NCBI GenBank assembly: GCA_041666325.1 | Contig: JBAYHC010000004.1 | Span: forward strand, 64,929-128,928 | DNA length: 64,000 nt | From: Patescibacteria group bacterium | GTDB taxonomy: Bacteria > Patescibacteriota > UBA1384 > XYA2-FULL-43-10 > 1-14-0-10-43-13 | Direction: 5' to 3' | Shown: one piece after another, positions 26,670-36,230 of the stretch | Position numbering within the stretch: position 1 is the first letter of the stretch | How the letters are laid out: each line of letters begins with the position of its first letter | The notes under the pieces: generated by a model | Seen by the model: the letters and a program-made list of their open reading frames with translations, nothing else | Databases searched by the model: none | Told to the model about the DNA's origin: nothing | Made by a program: the position numbers and the translations under genes

Positions 26670-26770
26670 GTACTTCGATGCTGTTGACAAACTGAGTGAT
26701 AAAATGTACAGTGTTGCGTTAAGCTACTATTTGACTATCGGGCCAGTATGGCCTAGTCGTTTTGATTATT

Positions 26771-27214
26771 ATGAAAAAGAAAACTAGAAAAAATAGAAAA
26801 ATTCTTATCATCGATGATGATTGGACTATCGCCCAGATGTATGGCGAAAGACTGGACACAGAGGGCTACGATGTTGTCTGGGCCAATGATGGTGTTGTCG
26901 GACTTGAGAAGATACTCCACCACAAGCCTGATTTGATCATTCTTGATCTCTTCATGCCCAACCGTGGTGGTTTAGGCGTCTTGCGAGTTCTGCGAAGCAT
27001 TCCAAAGACTGCCCAGATCCCAGTCATCGTTCTAACTGCCTATCCGAAAGAGGAGTTTACCTCTGTTGCCGAACGTTACGGCATATCATCATTCTTTGGC
27101 AAGGCAAGCACTCTTCCTGCTGAGATCGTACTAAAGGTAAAAGAGGCTATGGCAGTACCAAGGACAGTCAGGAAAAGCTACACCCAGGAAATCACAATCG
27201 CAAAGTTGTACTAA
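26771..27214 (+). CDS. single-domain response regulator with short C-terminal tail
   Basis: ILIIDDD, ILDLFMPNRGG, FFGK. Confidence 0.9.
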   Translation: MKKKTRKNRKILIIDDDWTIAQMYGERLDTEGYDVVWANDGVVGLEKILHHKPDLIILDLFMPNRGGLGVLRVLRSIPKTAQIPVIVLTAYPKEEFTSVAERYGISSFFGKASTLPAEIVLKVKEAMAVPRTVRKSYTQEITIAKLY

Positions 27215-27232
27215 TATCACCTCAAAAAGCGG

Positions 27233-28012
27233 TCAGCCTTGACCGTTTTTTGTTTTGGCTTCGACTCCCAAAACATCAAGCGCAATCCGCGTTGCTCCCT
27301 CAAGGTTTTTAGCGCAAACATCCGTACCATAGATCGAGGTAAACTTACCATCCAGATAATAGTCACTGATAACCTGGAGGGAGGCAATTTTAACACCCTT
27401 CTCCTTGGCGATCGCAAACAAAGCAGAACATTCCATCTCGAAGCCAGCAATATTATTTTCTTTGGCGTGATCAATCTCAGCCAGCGTCTGTCTAAACATA
27501 CAATCGGTTGTCCAGATTGAAATCGGCTTAGCACCCTTTTCGATCAGCCTGTCTGTCAAATCCTTGTCTGGATAAGCCCACGGATCACTGTTCTCCGTGT
27601 AATGATGCGACACACCTTCGTCCCGCATTGCCCTGGTTACTGCGTAGACGGCATCGTTGTCGTGCTTCGTGCTCACTTTGCCATACAATCCGATATAAAC
27701 GAAATTCTTGATACCGTAGGCAACCAATTGCTCAAATACCCATGCCCACATCGGAGAACCGAATCCGACGAAAGCACAAAAAACAGCCACATCCTCATTC
27801 ATCAATATCGGCTCGATAATATTCGGTCCCTTGGCCAGATCCAAATCTTGTTCCAATCCACTCCGCAGCCTCGCCAACGGACTAAAAATACAATTCTCTG
27901 GCGCCAGTGGAAGCTCCGATAAGTCGGAGGCCTTGTTGTTCTTCAGGAACATGTCGATCGCCCGAAGGGAATTCTCCGAGCTAAACTTTTCCTTTCGCTG
28001 AGGTAAATACAT
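27233..28012 (-). CDS. nucleoside phosphorylase (PNP/UDP family)
   Basis: GFGSP, AMRDEGVSHHY, WTTD, EMECSALF, ISD. Confidence 0.88.
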   Translation of the reverse strand: MYLPQRKEKFSSENSLRAIDMFLKNNKASDLSELPLAPENCIFSPLARLRSGLEQDLDLAKGPNIIEPILMNEDVAVFCAFVGFGSPMWAWVFEQLVAYGIKNFVYIGLYGKVSTKHDNDAVYAVTRAMRDEGVSHHYTENSDPWAYPDKDLTDRLIEKGAKPISIWTTDCMFRQTLAEIDHAKENNIAGFEMECSALFAIAKEKGVKIASLQVISDYYLDGKFTSIYGTDVCAKNLEGATRIALDVLGVEAKTKNGQG

Positions 28013-28092
28013 GAGATCTCACTTATTTAGTTATTATCCATCTAATCCTAGTCTTTTCACTGTTCTGATTCAATGCTCAAAAAAAGCGCCAG

Positions 28093-28470
28093 CTAACTGG
28101 CGCGGCGGCAACTTACTTCTAAGGAAATCGGCTGCAAAACGCAACCCTCAGGAATTTCCCCCGGCGAATAATATCCAATATATCGAACAGTAAGGTCAAA
28201 GAGGGTCCATTGACCTGTTTTACCTCTTGGGTGATAGGGATTACCGAACTCCAAATCAAGCATCGGCTGACCGCACTGAATTAACCAATCAATCGGGAAA
28301 AAGCCGTCCTTAACAGAACTGCAAGAAAACTGGCATCTCACTCTCCTGGTATCAATAACTTGCACATAAATGGCATCACCGAGATTTGGCTTACGCCATG
28401 TTCCATCGACAAGCAAACAAAATATCTCGCCTGGCCGCCTTGGCCGGGCCACGTCCAGAGGTATTCTCAC
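28093..28470 (-). CDS. hypothetical protein
   Basis: 125-aa ORF, GTG start preceded by AAGGAGGT. Confidence 0.5.
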   Translation of the reverse strand: MRIPLDVARPRRPGEIFCLLVDGTWRKPNLGDAIYVQVIDTRRVRCQFSCSSVKDGFFPIDWLIQCGQPMLDLEFGNPYHPRGKTGQWTLFDLTVRYIGYYSPGEIPEGCVLQPISLEVSCRRAS

Positions 28471-28598
28471 CCGGCACCTCCTTGGTCAGAATATTTATAC
28501 TACCCCAAAGCAAATTTATCAACCACTGCCACTAAAAGATTGCCCCGACAATAGTTGCCGGGGCGGGGATTTTCCTCTGCTCGATCCCTTCGTCCTCA

Positions 28599-29237
28599 CT
28601 ATGCGACCATCCTCTCCGGCCGCGATACCCGTGCCATCTTCATCAACTTGATTTCCTCCATGGCTTCGATCCAGGTCAGGATCTGCCGGGCAGCAACATC
28701 GAGATAGACGTTGTCGATCTTCCTGATCATGTTCAGCGTCGGCAAGCGACGCGGACAGAGCTCGTCGACATACTCGCCGAAGACGTTGTGCTCGGCCATG
28801 CGCTCCCGGTCGATAACGACCAGATCCGTCGAAGCTGGCTGCATACAGTTGAGGTATGGTGCAGCGGCACGCCGATCGCTGAGATGGAAGGTGTCGACAT
28901 CGATCCGGATCATTGTCATCTCCTCGATGGTGGGAAGATTGACGATCCGGCCGATGCAGCGGGCTGAGACGAACGGCTCGAAGCCTCCGCTCTGGTTTCT
29001 GGTTGCGTATCGCCCCCAGTCGACGATTGTTATACCAGGGGGCAGGAGAGCTATGGTCTGTTCCAGATACCGCTCGAAGTCCTGGATGCCGCCATTGGCG
29101 TTACCGAGATAGACCGCAGCACAAACTTCCATGTTGAAACGATGGAAGTCGGGCCGCCACTCGATCAATCGACTAACGACACTTGTGACCCCGCTACAGC
29201 GCGGGCCTCCGATCGTGACCAGAACGTTTCTCATCAT
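28599..29237 (-). CDS. diverged P-loop/NMP-kinase-like protein
   Basis: VTIGGPRCSGVTS Walker A-like motif with Lys replaced by Val; AGGAG SD. Confidence 0.55.
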   Translation of the reverse strand: MMRNVLVTIGGPRCSGVTSVVSRLIEWRPDFHRFNMEVCAAVYLGNANGGIQDFERYLEQTIALLPPGITIVDWGRYATRNQSGGFEPFVSARCIGRIVNLPTIEEMTMIRIDVDTFHLSDRRAAAPYLNCMQPASTDLVVIDRERMAEHNVFGEYVDELCPRRLPTLNMIRKIDNVYLDVAARQILTWIEAMEEIKLMKMARVSRPERMVA

Positions 29238-29331
29238 GGTGCTCCTCTCTGTCGACGTTCGATCGACCCCATCATAATACGATTAGAAATTGCTCCAAGA
29301 GATCTTGTCTATAATTTTGACAACTAATTAA

Positions 29332-29360
29332 TTGCAATAGTACTTAGCTCGATCTATAAT
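29332..29360 (+). promoter_or_regulatory. sigma70 promoter giving a probable leaderless mRNA
   Basis: TTGCAA, 17 nt, TATAAT, with ATG 7 nt downstream. Confidence 0.6.
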
Positions 29361-29367
29361 ATTGTCA

Positions 29368-30117
29368 ATGAACAACAAAAATCTCGAAACATTAATCGAT
29401 CTTGGTATGGAGGACAAAGAGGCAAGAATCTATCTTTCACTCCTTGCGCTTGGCAATGCCACCGTCGCTGATGTTGCACAACGATCTGGTATTAAGCGAA
29501 CTACCATTTATTTCATACTGGAAAATCTCAAGAAGAAAGGGCTGGCTCACCGATTGAAGGTAGATACAAAAACTTTCTATTCGGCTGAGCGTCCGCAAAT
29601 GCTACTGCGCCACGAGAATGAAAAAGTTAAAAAATTAGAGGAGATACTACCCTCCCTTGTTTCATTGGGTCACGCCAAATCACAGAGAGCAAAGGTACTC
29701 TTTTTTGACAGCGAGGAGGGCTTCAAGCAAATCTGGTTTCGCCTCTTCCAATCTGGCGAAAAAGAGTACTTGATTATCACCGACCCAAGAGAGATGCTCT
29801 ACTTCGTACGCAAAAATTACATCACCGGCAAGATCATTAAGGAAAAAATCGAACGAGATATAAGCAGTCGCCAGATCATCGCGGCATCAACCTACGCCAA
29901 AGAGATTGTGGCCAAGGACAAAGAAGAAAACCGCACCTCAAAAATTTTGCCGTTCGGCCACTCGCTACCCTTCACCACGATAATCTTTGGCGATAATGTT
30001 GCCCTTATCTCTCCCATCATGGAGAATATTATTCTTCTAATTGAAAGCGAGGCCTTTGCGCAAACCGAACGCTCCAAGTTCGAGGCGCTGTGGCAATCAT
30101 TGTCCGCTAGCAGCTAA
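29368..30117 (+). CDS. TrmB family transcriptional regulator
   Basis: LGMEDKEARIYLSLL...VAQRSGIKRTTIYFILENLKKKGL. Confidence 0.9.
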   Translation: MNNKNLETLIDLGMEDKEARIYLSLLALGNATVADVAQRSGIKRTTIYFILENLKKKGLAHRLKVDTKTFYSAERPQMLLRHENEKVKKLEEILPSLVSLGHAKSQRAKVLFFDSEEGFKQIWFRLFQSGEKEYLIITDPREMLYFVRKNYITGKIIKEKIERDISSRQIIAASTYAKEIVAKDKEENRTSKILPFGHSLPFTTIIFGDNVALISPIMENIILLIESEAFAQTERSKFEALWQSLSASS

Positions 30118-30408
30118 ACCATCGATCTCCTCTGCCAGCTCAAAGTCTTTTGCCGTTACGGCTTCAACGTCATGGGTCCACGTCTCTATGATAACTTCGT
30201 TGAATGAGATATGAATCTCAGGATGGTGTTTGCGACGCTCGGCGATTGCGCCGACATCATTAACAAATTGCAACGCCTCAGGGAAATCCTTGAAGGCGAA
30301 CTGACCGAAGAGCGTCATGTCGTCTTCATCGATAAACCAGCTTTCTGATAATTGGTCGAGCCGCTCCTCCATTTCGTCCTCATTCATTTTTTGTTCTTCA
30401 TTAGCCAT
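30097..30408 (-). CDS. pterin-4-alpha-carbinolamine dehydratase (4a-hydroxytetrahydrobiopterin dehydratase)
   Basis: FKDFPEALQFVNDVGAIAERRKHHPEI...WTHD...KDFELA; start MANEEQ after AAGGAG. Confidence 0.92.
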   Translation of the reverse strand: MANEEQKMNEDEMEERLDQLSESWFIDEDDMTLFGQFAFKDFPEALQFVNDVGAIAERRKHHPEIHISFNEVIIETWTHDVEAVTAKDFELAEEIDGLAASGQ

Positions 30409-30469
30409 GAATGCTCCTTCCTGCTCACATTGTAACAAAAAATGTACCCGGGCAGGGACCGGGTACGGA

Positions 30470-31051
30470 CTAGGGCAACAAGAGACTATAAAACTCCTGC
30501 CAAGAGTAGACGCGAACGGCAATGTCACCAGGATCCTCGTCCCGGTTGTAGGGTTGATCAAAGAGATACAAACGTGGCACGACGCCAACGAGGCACTGCA
30601 GGGCCTCAATACTGTCGTCGACGTAAACATCAAGACCGCCGAGGTCACGCACAATCGCCGTCTTGTCCTTGCTCATCCCATTGCTTAGGACTGGAATATC
30701 CCATCCATGCAACTGGAAAAGCTCAACAATGTGCCTGGCAGCAACCTCCGGCCGACTACTGATAACTGGCACAAACCAGCCATCACGCAACATTCGGTCA
30801 ATGTGCTCTCTGGCACCGGGAACAAACTGGAAGGTCAGGGCCTGCTCGCGAACCTTATAAGCAAAGTCCTTAATCGCATCATACTGTTTGCTTGTAATAA
30901 TACCCTCCCGAACCAGAAGCTCGCGCTTGGCAAATCGGGGCGGAATATCAATACCAAAAAGTATTCTTGACGCCCTGGACTTGGCTTCGGCACCGTCAAG
31001 GACAACACCGTCACCATCAAGGCCGACACGCAGACGGGTCAACAAAACCAC
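30470..31051 (-). CDS. HAD-family 5'(3')-nucleotidase-like protein (NT5C type)
   Basis: VGLDGDGVVLD, ISSR, YVDDS, LFDQPYN. Confidence 0.85.
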   Translation of the reverse strand: MVLLTRLRVGLDGDGVVLDGAEAKSRASRILFGIDIPPRFAKRELLVREGIITSKQYDAIKDFAYKVREQALTFQFVPGAREHIDRMLRDGWFVPVISSRPEVAARHIVELFQLHGWDIPVLSNGMSKDKTAIVRDLGGLDVYVDDSIEALQCLVGVVPRLYLFDQPYNRDEDPGDIAVRVYSWQEFYSLLLP

Positions 31052-31149
31052 CCCCTCTCCTGTCGTAGAGTGACCATCCGATATTAGTCTAAGCCTTTTT
31101 TTATCAGATGGGCAAGACCTTGGGACCCGAGATACAAATATTTAGTAAA

Positions 31150-31740
31150 CTATGCCTGGTCAAACTTTTTGACATTTTCATGTAGGCGCGAAAAGGAGAA
31201 CTCCAGTCGATCCAAAAGAGCTTGTGCCGTTTTGGGAAAACGCTTAAATTCGATTGAACCCATCTCTTCCCGCATCTCCTCAACGATGGGAAGAAAAAAT
31301 GAATGAGCCCAGTCAGAACCGAGATCGTGCAGTCCATAGGCGACACAGATCGTATTTTCAACCAAATCACTCAGCTTTATAAGTTTCGCCTCTTCCGGTG
31401 CCTCTGCCATTTTGGTCAAGTAGGCATCGCGGTCAGCGTCGCCGCCCTCATTGGTCAAAAACCAGATAAGCTCGTCAACCTCCTTGCCAAAATGCTTAAT
31501 GATCTCACCTCTCTTGATACTTGTGTCTTCGTAGAGATCGTGGCCGAGAGCCGCCAACAAGATTTGTTCCAATCTTTTCTTGTTATGACTGAGCTCATTA
31601 GACTGGATGAGTGCATTGTTTAATATCTCAGATACGCTTACCAGATGGTGCCAATAAGGAACTTTGTCAGCATTGCGCCCCTGGTGAGCATGATATTTTT
31701 TGATAACCTCGACCATTTCCTTGTATTGCGCGCTTTCCAT
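31150..31740 (-). CDS. HD-domain protein of the RelA/SpoT hydrolase type (small alarmone hydrolase/Mesh1-like)
   Basis: HAHQGR...PYWHHL, AALGHDLYEDT, FGKEV, IKLSD. Confidence 0.85.
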   Translation of the reverse strand: MESAQYKEMVEVIKKYHAHQGRNADKVPYWHHLVSVSEILNNALIQSNELSHNKKRLEQILLAALGHDLYEDTSIKRGEIIKHFGKEVDELIWFLTNEGGDADRDAYLTKMAEAPEEAKLIKLSDLVENTICVAYGLHDLGSDWAHSFFLPIVEEMREEMGSIEFKRFPKTAQALLDRLEFSFSRLHENVKKFDQA

Positions 31741-31827
31741 ATTGCCTCCAAATTATCTAGATCTAATTTAGCAACTTTTGAGAACAAAAACAGCCCCGCA
31801 AGCAACGCCTGCAGGGCCGGAAAACGG

Positions 31828-32520
31828 TCAAAACAAAGAACGGTAATAATCCAGGAAATGGCGGTAGTCCAGTTCATCCTGGGCCGGATGTTCACCAGGG
31901 ATCTGACGCGGACGATGGCTCAGGTATTCGACCCTGGCTAGATTTGCCGGCAACCCACCACCCATGGTGTAGTCAGGAAGCGCCGTATTGGCGCGCATCA
32001 GGAGCCAGGCGCTTGCCATCTTGGCCGCCTTGCCGCAACCATCAGCAAAGAAATGGTCCCGCATATCAATGTGCCACTCAGCCAGAGCGGCCAAGGTAAT
32101 GGCGTCAGCACCGCTTCTTATCTGCTGGTGCAGATTGTAGTAGAAGCGCTGCATGGCCCTCTCAAGATCAGCCACCCGAGTGTAAAGATATTTGTCAGAA
32201 TCGGCACCGCCACGGAAAAGGCAGCCATCACGCAGAATTCCCCGATTGACCTTCTGAGCCAGAGTTTCGATCACAAAGCGAAGTGATTGCGGACAGGTCA
32301 CAAATCCAATCTCATGACGGCCCTCAAATGCATACTCGACGGCCATCTCCAGGTTCAAGCGAGCCAGTTCGGCCGCCCCTTCAGCATCCAATCCTGGCAC
32401 GATCTTTGCCCCCTTATCGGCTGACGCGCCAAGATCCAATATACCTTTGGCCGTCCGACTCATCAGTAGCAGATTGCGACCTGCTTGTTCCTGATACTCC
32501 TCTAGCGTTGGCACTGTCAT
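31828..32520 (-). CDS. Fic-domain protein with atypical active-site loop
   Basis: HFFADGCGKAAK versus consensus HPFxDGNGRxxR; start MTVPTL after GGAGG. Confidence 0.75.
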   Translation of the reverse strand: MTVPTLEEYQEQAGRNLLLMSRTAKGILDLGASADKGAKIVPGLDAEGAAELARLNLEMAVEYAFEGRHEIGFVTCPQSLRFVIETLAQKVNRGILRDGCLFRGGADSDKYLYTRVADLERAMQRFYYNLHQQIRSGADAITLAALAEWHIDMRDHFFADGCGKAAKMASAWLLMRANTALPDYTMGGGLPANLARVEYLSHRPRQIPGEHPAQDELDYRHFLDYYRSLF

Positions 32521-32536
32521 TCCTCCTCTCCGTTCC

Positions 32537-32998
32537 CTACTCACGCATAACCGCCAGATCAGTCGTCTCGACAACCTGAAGACCGTTGTTGTTGAGAACC
32601 TCTTCAACATCGGCGTAAACAGGCATTATGGCGGCAACGCCAGTAACCGTGATCGCCCGCTGGACTATCGGCTGCAAACCGACAAGAACGAATGGCGCGC
32701 TCAACTCAGGCGGGAGAGCGGGCCGATCCGCACTGGCAATGCCAGTGAATTCAACCAAGCCCTGGATAAGCACCCCTAGACCGACGCTATCCATGAAATC
32801 AACTTCAATCATGTCGACAATGACGCCAAATCCGATCGGCGCTCGCTTGTGCAGTTCAGAGAGAATATCCCTCAACTGCTCCGCGGTATGGCCGTCGAGC
32901 TCGCCGGAGAGCTCGACGACATAGAATTCACCCTCAATCCGTACGGGGTTAATATGCAGATAGCTCACTTCATCTATCTGCAAATGTCTCGGGTTCAT
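32537..32998 (-). CDS. STAS-domain anti-sigma factor antagonist
   Basis: LSGELDGHTA, VDMIEVDFMDSVGLGVL. Confidence 0.88.
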   Translation of the reverse strand: MNPRHLQIDEVSYLHINPVRIEGEFYVVELSGELDGHTAEQLRDILSELHKRAPIGFGVIVDMIEVDFMDSVGLGVLIQGLVEFTGIASADRPALPPELSAPFVLVGLQPIVQRAITVTGVAAIMPVYADVEEVLNNNGLQVVETTDLAVMRE

Positions 32999-33116
32999 GC
33001 TACACCTCCGTACGTTCTTATAACATAAAAAAGAATATTAAGCAATGGCTAATATTGCATGCCGGCACTTTCCGTGTTATTATGCGCGCAGCGACAGGCA
33101 AAGGAGGGAACAGGTC

Positions 33117-34100
33117 ATGCCTGATGATCCGTATCGCGCTACGTTTGATTGCCGAGTGGTGGGGATGAAGTTTTCGCCCATCTCGCTCGACCTGATTGTC
33201 CTGCTTGAAGACGCCCGCCTTGTTGTGTTGGGTGACGACGGGCAGCGCAAAGTATTTCTGCCAGAAAGAGTTGGCGGCAGGGCCTACTCGCTCGCAGTCT
33301 CTCCGACTGAGGACGCGTCCAGGGAGTTTCCCCAGTTTGTTGTTGCCTGCGATAAACCGTTCGAGCATTCGGATGATACGCATTTCTTGCAATTCAGGGG
33401 TCTGAGAAGCAGCTCACACCACCTCATGACAATCGCAACCGATCACCCGATCGGTGTGATGTCTTACTTTAAACGAGATGGCAATCTCAACCTGCTTTAC
33501 GGTGACACAGATGGCAAGTTGGCCTGTTTCGATATGCAGAGAGGAGGAAGTAACTGGCATGAGCCAATCTGGCAAAACCGAGTGGCCTCTGGACCGATCC
33601 TCTCTCTGGCAGTGTCACCCGATGGAACGTGGGCCGTTGCCGGAAGCGAAAGGCCATCGTTTGTTACATTTGATCCTACCAGTGGCAGCGAGATAAACCG
33701 TAGGCAACTTTCTCTTTATGGTGATCCAATCGGGCCGGTTACCTCACTGGCGATAGGCAAAGACACATCCGATTACTTTGTCTACACAACTTCCAACGGC
33801 GCAATCTGCGCGCATCACTATGCCAGCAGTGCCTATGCCTGGTTTATCTCCGATTCTCAGTTTGACTACAGAACCGTTGTTGCCCACAAGAATTCCCGAA
33901 CAATGATCGCTGGCAGCAACTTTAACACCCTGCGTATCTTTGACGAAATTCGTGGCGAAACACCAGCCCGCCACATTGCCACTGAGCCATCAGTTTACTT
34001 CCTCGATGTTCATCCATTCCGAGGTTGGCTTGCTATCTGTTCCATTATCGGAGTACACGGCGGCGTCAAGTCGAAAGTTCGAGTTTGCACTACCCCCTAA
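33117..34100 (+). CDS. WD40-like beta-propeller protein
   Basis: Repeated blades SLAVSPT, GDTDGKLACFD, ILSLAVSPDGTW, VTSLAIG, GSNFNTLRIFD; ATG after GGAGG. Confidence 0.75.
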   Translation: MPDDPYRATFDCRVVGMKFSPISLDLIVLLEDARLVVLGDDGQRKVFLPERVGGRAYSLAVSPTEDASREFPQFVVACDKPFEHSDDTHFLQFRGLRSSSHHLMTIATDHPIGVMSYFKRDGNLNLLYGDTDGKLACFDMQRGGSNWHEPIWQNRVASGPILSLAVSPDGTWAVAGSERPSFVTFDPTSGSEINRRQLSLYGDPIGPVTSLAIGKDTSDYFVYTTSNGAICAHHYASSAYAWFISDSQFDYRTVVAHKNSRTMIAGSNFNTLRIFDEIRGETPARHIATEPSVYFLDVHPFRGWLAICSIIGVHGGVKSKVRVCTTP

Positions 34101-34120
34101 TTCTATTGGACGAATTGTCA

Positions 34121-34149
34121 TGGGCGCAGTACTGACTGCGTCCTTTTTT
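34121..34149 (+). terminator. intrinsic terminator
   Basis: GGGCGCAGT-ACTG-ACTGCGTCC followed by a T tract. Confidence 0.7.
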
Positions 34150-34218
34150 ATTACAAAAAAATCGGAGGAGATCCGATTTCGGCTAAAGGGGCGGGCTGAC
34201 ACCCTTGCCCCGGGGAGA

Positions 34219-34575
34219 TTATTGAGGCTCTATGGCCTCTTCCAATGTTCTATATAACCGGATAACGCTGAGACGCTTCGCCAGACCAAGGATCCTTTTG
34301 ACCCGGGACGAGACACCGACCAACTTTACCTCGCCATTATTCTGACTGGCCTTCTTGTAGTACCGGCTGATGGCGCTGATACCGCTCGCATCCATAAATG
34401 ACACCCGGCTCAGATCGATCACAATGTTGTAGCAACCTTCATTTAATACTCGATCCAGGCAATCGCAAAGCTCAGGAACGGTATAAATGTCAATTTCACC
34501 CTCGACACTTACAACCGTCCATCCGCCGAGCCCCCTAGATACCACGAGGAACTGGGGACCTGGAGTCTGTTGCAT
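34219..34575 (-). CDS. STAS-domain anti-sigma factor antagonist
   Basis: VEGEIDIYTVPEL, IDLSRVSFMDASGI. Confidence 0.9.
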   Translation of the reverse strand: MQQTPGPQFLVVSRGLGGWTVVSVEGEIDIYTVPELCDCLDRVLNEGCYNIVIDLSRVSFMDASGISAISRYYKKASQNNGEVKLVGVSSRVKRILGLAKRLSVIRLYRTLEEAIEPQ

Positions 34576-34854
34576 GGGCTTCCTCCTTTGAATGGCCTCT
34601 CATTTTATCACATAGTTGACAACAAGAAAAGACGGGTAGGAATAATTAATCTCAGGTTAAGATCAAAACAGTCTGACAAATTAGATTAGACAGACTCTCG
34701 CATCCAAGACACCTTGCACATAAGCCAACAAACAAAGCAGCTATTCCGACCGACCAACTATGTGCCTCCCCAACAGAATAATATCATCAACCAAATATTA
34801 CATATTACAAAAAAGCCACCGGCTATGATCCGGTGGACGTGTGAGAATACACCA

Positions 34855-35397
34855 CTATGTGCCAAGGGGCCAGCAACCCTTCGCAAGAAGATATCGGTCA
34901 ACATTCGCCGCTCCAGCCATACGCAAACCAATATCAAGATCCAAAAGTGCCTCACTGGGAGGCTCGCTTCTTCCGACAAAAGCGGTTCCACCACACGACC
35001 AGTCACAAGACTGGCCAGATGCCAAACCATAAACAGTGACATTAAACCTCGGTCCGGTCGGCTGATCACCGTTCAAACGTGCGGATTCGTAGCACAAATA
35101 CTCTCGGAGCTCATGACAACGATCAATTGTTGAAACATGGACAACTATGGTTGGAACAGGTAGCGATAATGATATGGCCGACTTCAAAAAGGCGGCTATC
35201 TGTCCTTTCCACGCACCCGATTCACCAATCTCTATCAATCCAATAGCACCATTGCCCATAACAACATCACAGTCGCACGAAAGTGTCTTCGGAAGCTGCT
35301 CGCTTCGTGGCAACGTTGGATCGTACACCAACAGAATCGATCGAGCCGATGGTCTCATCAGCGCCTCCTCTCGACACGATTTAACCAAATTTATCAC
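34855..35397 (-). CDS. hypothetical protein
   Basis: 180-aa ORF; likely start at MRPSARS after GAGGAGG; no motif recognised. Confidence 0.5.
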   Translation of the reverse strand: MINLVKSCREEALMRPSARSILLVYDPTLPRSEQLPKTLSCDCDVVMGNGAIGLIEIGESGAWKGQIAAFLKSAISLSLPVPTIVVHVSTIDRCHELREYLCYESARLNGDQPTGPRFNVTVYGLASGQSCDWSCGGTAFVGRSEPPSEALLDLDIGLRMAGAANVDRYLLAKGCWPLGT

Positions 35398-35513
35398 TTA
35401 CTTAGGTCTTTTTCAACTATTCCAATTGCTCTGAGCTAGGCCCAACAACCAATAAACCGCCAAACAAGTTGGCAGTTTTTAAAAAACACTCAAACCGTAG
35501 CTTGAGCATTTTT

Positions 35514-35590
35514 TGGTACCGCGTATGGGAGTCGAACCCATGATTTCCGCCGTGAGAGGGCGGCGTCCTAGACCACTAGACGAACGCGGC
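35514..35590 (-). tRNA. tRNA-Glu(CTC)
   Basis: Reverse complement GCCGCGTTCGTCTAGTGG...CCGCC-CTCTCAC-GGCGG...GGTTCGACTCC...CCA. Confidence 0.96.
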
Positions 35591-35666
35591 ACGTCGTGTC
35601 TGTCCCGCTAACAACGAATCTCGATAGACTTTGCAATAATAGCACAATCTGGCCTTTTTCTCAAGC

Positions 35667-36230
35667 CTATAGTTGTTCCTGGGGCTGCTCGTTCGCAGTT
35701 TTTACATCTGCAAAGAGCAAACTGTCAACTATTGCGCGCGCGAAGTCAGTCGCAACCTCGGAACTGCTAGCAGTAATAATATTACCGTCTGTCACGACAT
35801 CATTGCCAGAAAACTTGGCACCGACTTCATCAATTGCTTCTCGTGCCCCACTCCAAGCGGCAACGTTATGGCCAGACAAAATCCCTGCCTTGGCAAGCAC
35901 GACCGGAGCCCAACAGATCGCGCAAACGTATTTCCCAGTACTGGCAAACTCCTGAGCCAAGCCCAAGGCCAAGTCATCCGCGAAATAGCGCTCAACTCCA
36001 TTCCCGCCCACATAAACAATGCCATCGAATTCATCAGGGTTGACTTCATCAAAAGTTAGATCTACCCCAATTGTAGTTCCGCCGATTCCGGTACACTCTC
36101 CTGGCTCTGCGGCCGCAATCTTTATTCCGATTCCGTTATCCGAAAGCATCTCATAAGGCACACTAAACTCCTCATCACGAAACTCATAGTTCGGCACAAC
36201 CATAACTACCTTTTTCTCTGAATCCATCAC
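35667..36230 (-). CDS. DJ-1/PfpI family protein
   Basis: FRDEEF, FDGIVYVGG, AICWAP catalytic Cys, VVTDGNIITA. Confidence 0.92.
   Translation of the reverse strand: MMDSEKKVVMVVPNYEFRDEEFSVPYEMLSDNGIGIKIAAAEPGECTGIGGTTIGVDLTFDEVNPDEFDGIVYVGGNGVERYFADDLALGLAQEFASTGKYVCAICWAPVVLAKAGILSGHNVAAWSGAREAIDEVGAKFSGNDVVTDGNIITASSSEVATDFARAIVDSLLFADVKTANEQPQEQL

Noticed and set aside
30409-30654. Long N-terminal extension on the pterin dehydratase ORF
   Set aside because: Overlaps the HAD gene in another frame; SD and family similarity start at 30408
32521-32610. Fic ORF extension overlapping STAS as a possible frameshift fusion
   Set aside because: Fic has its own GGAGG SD and ATG at 32520, and no slippery site is evident
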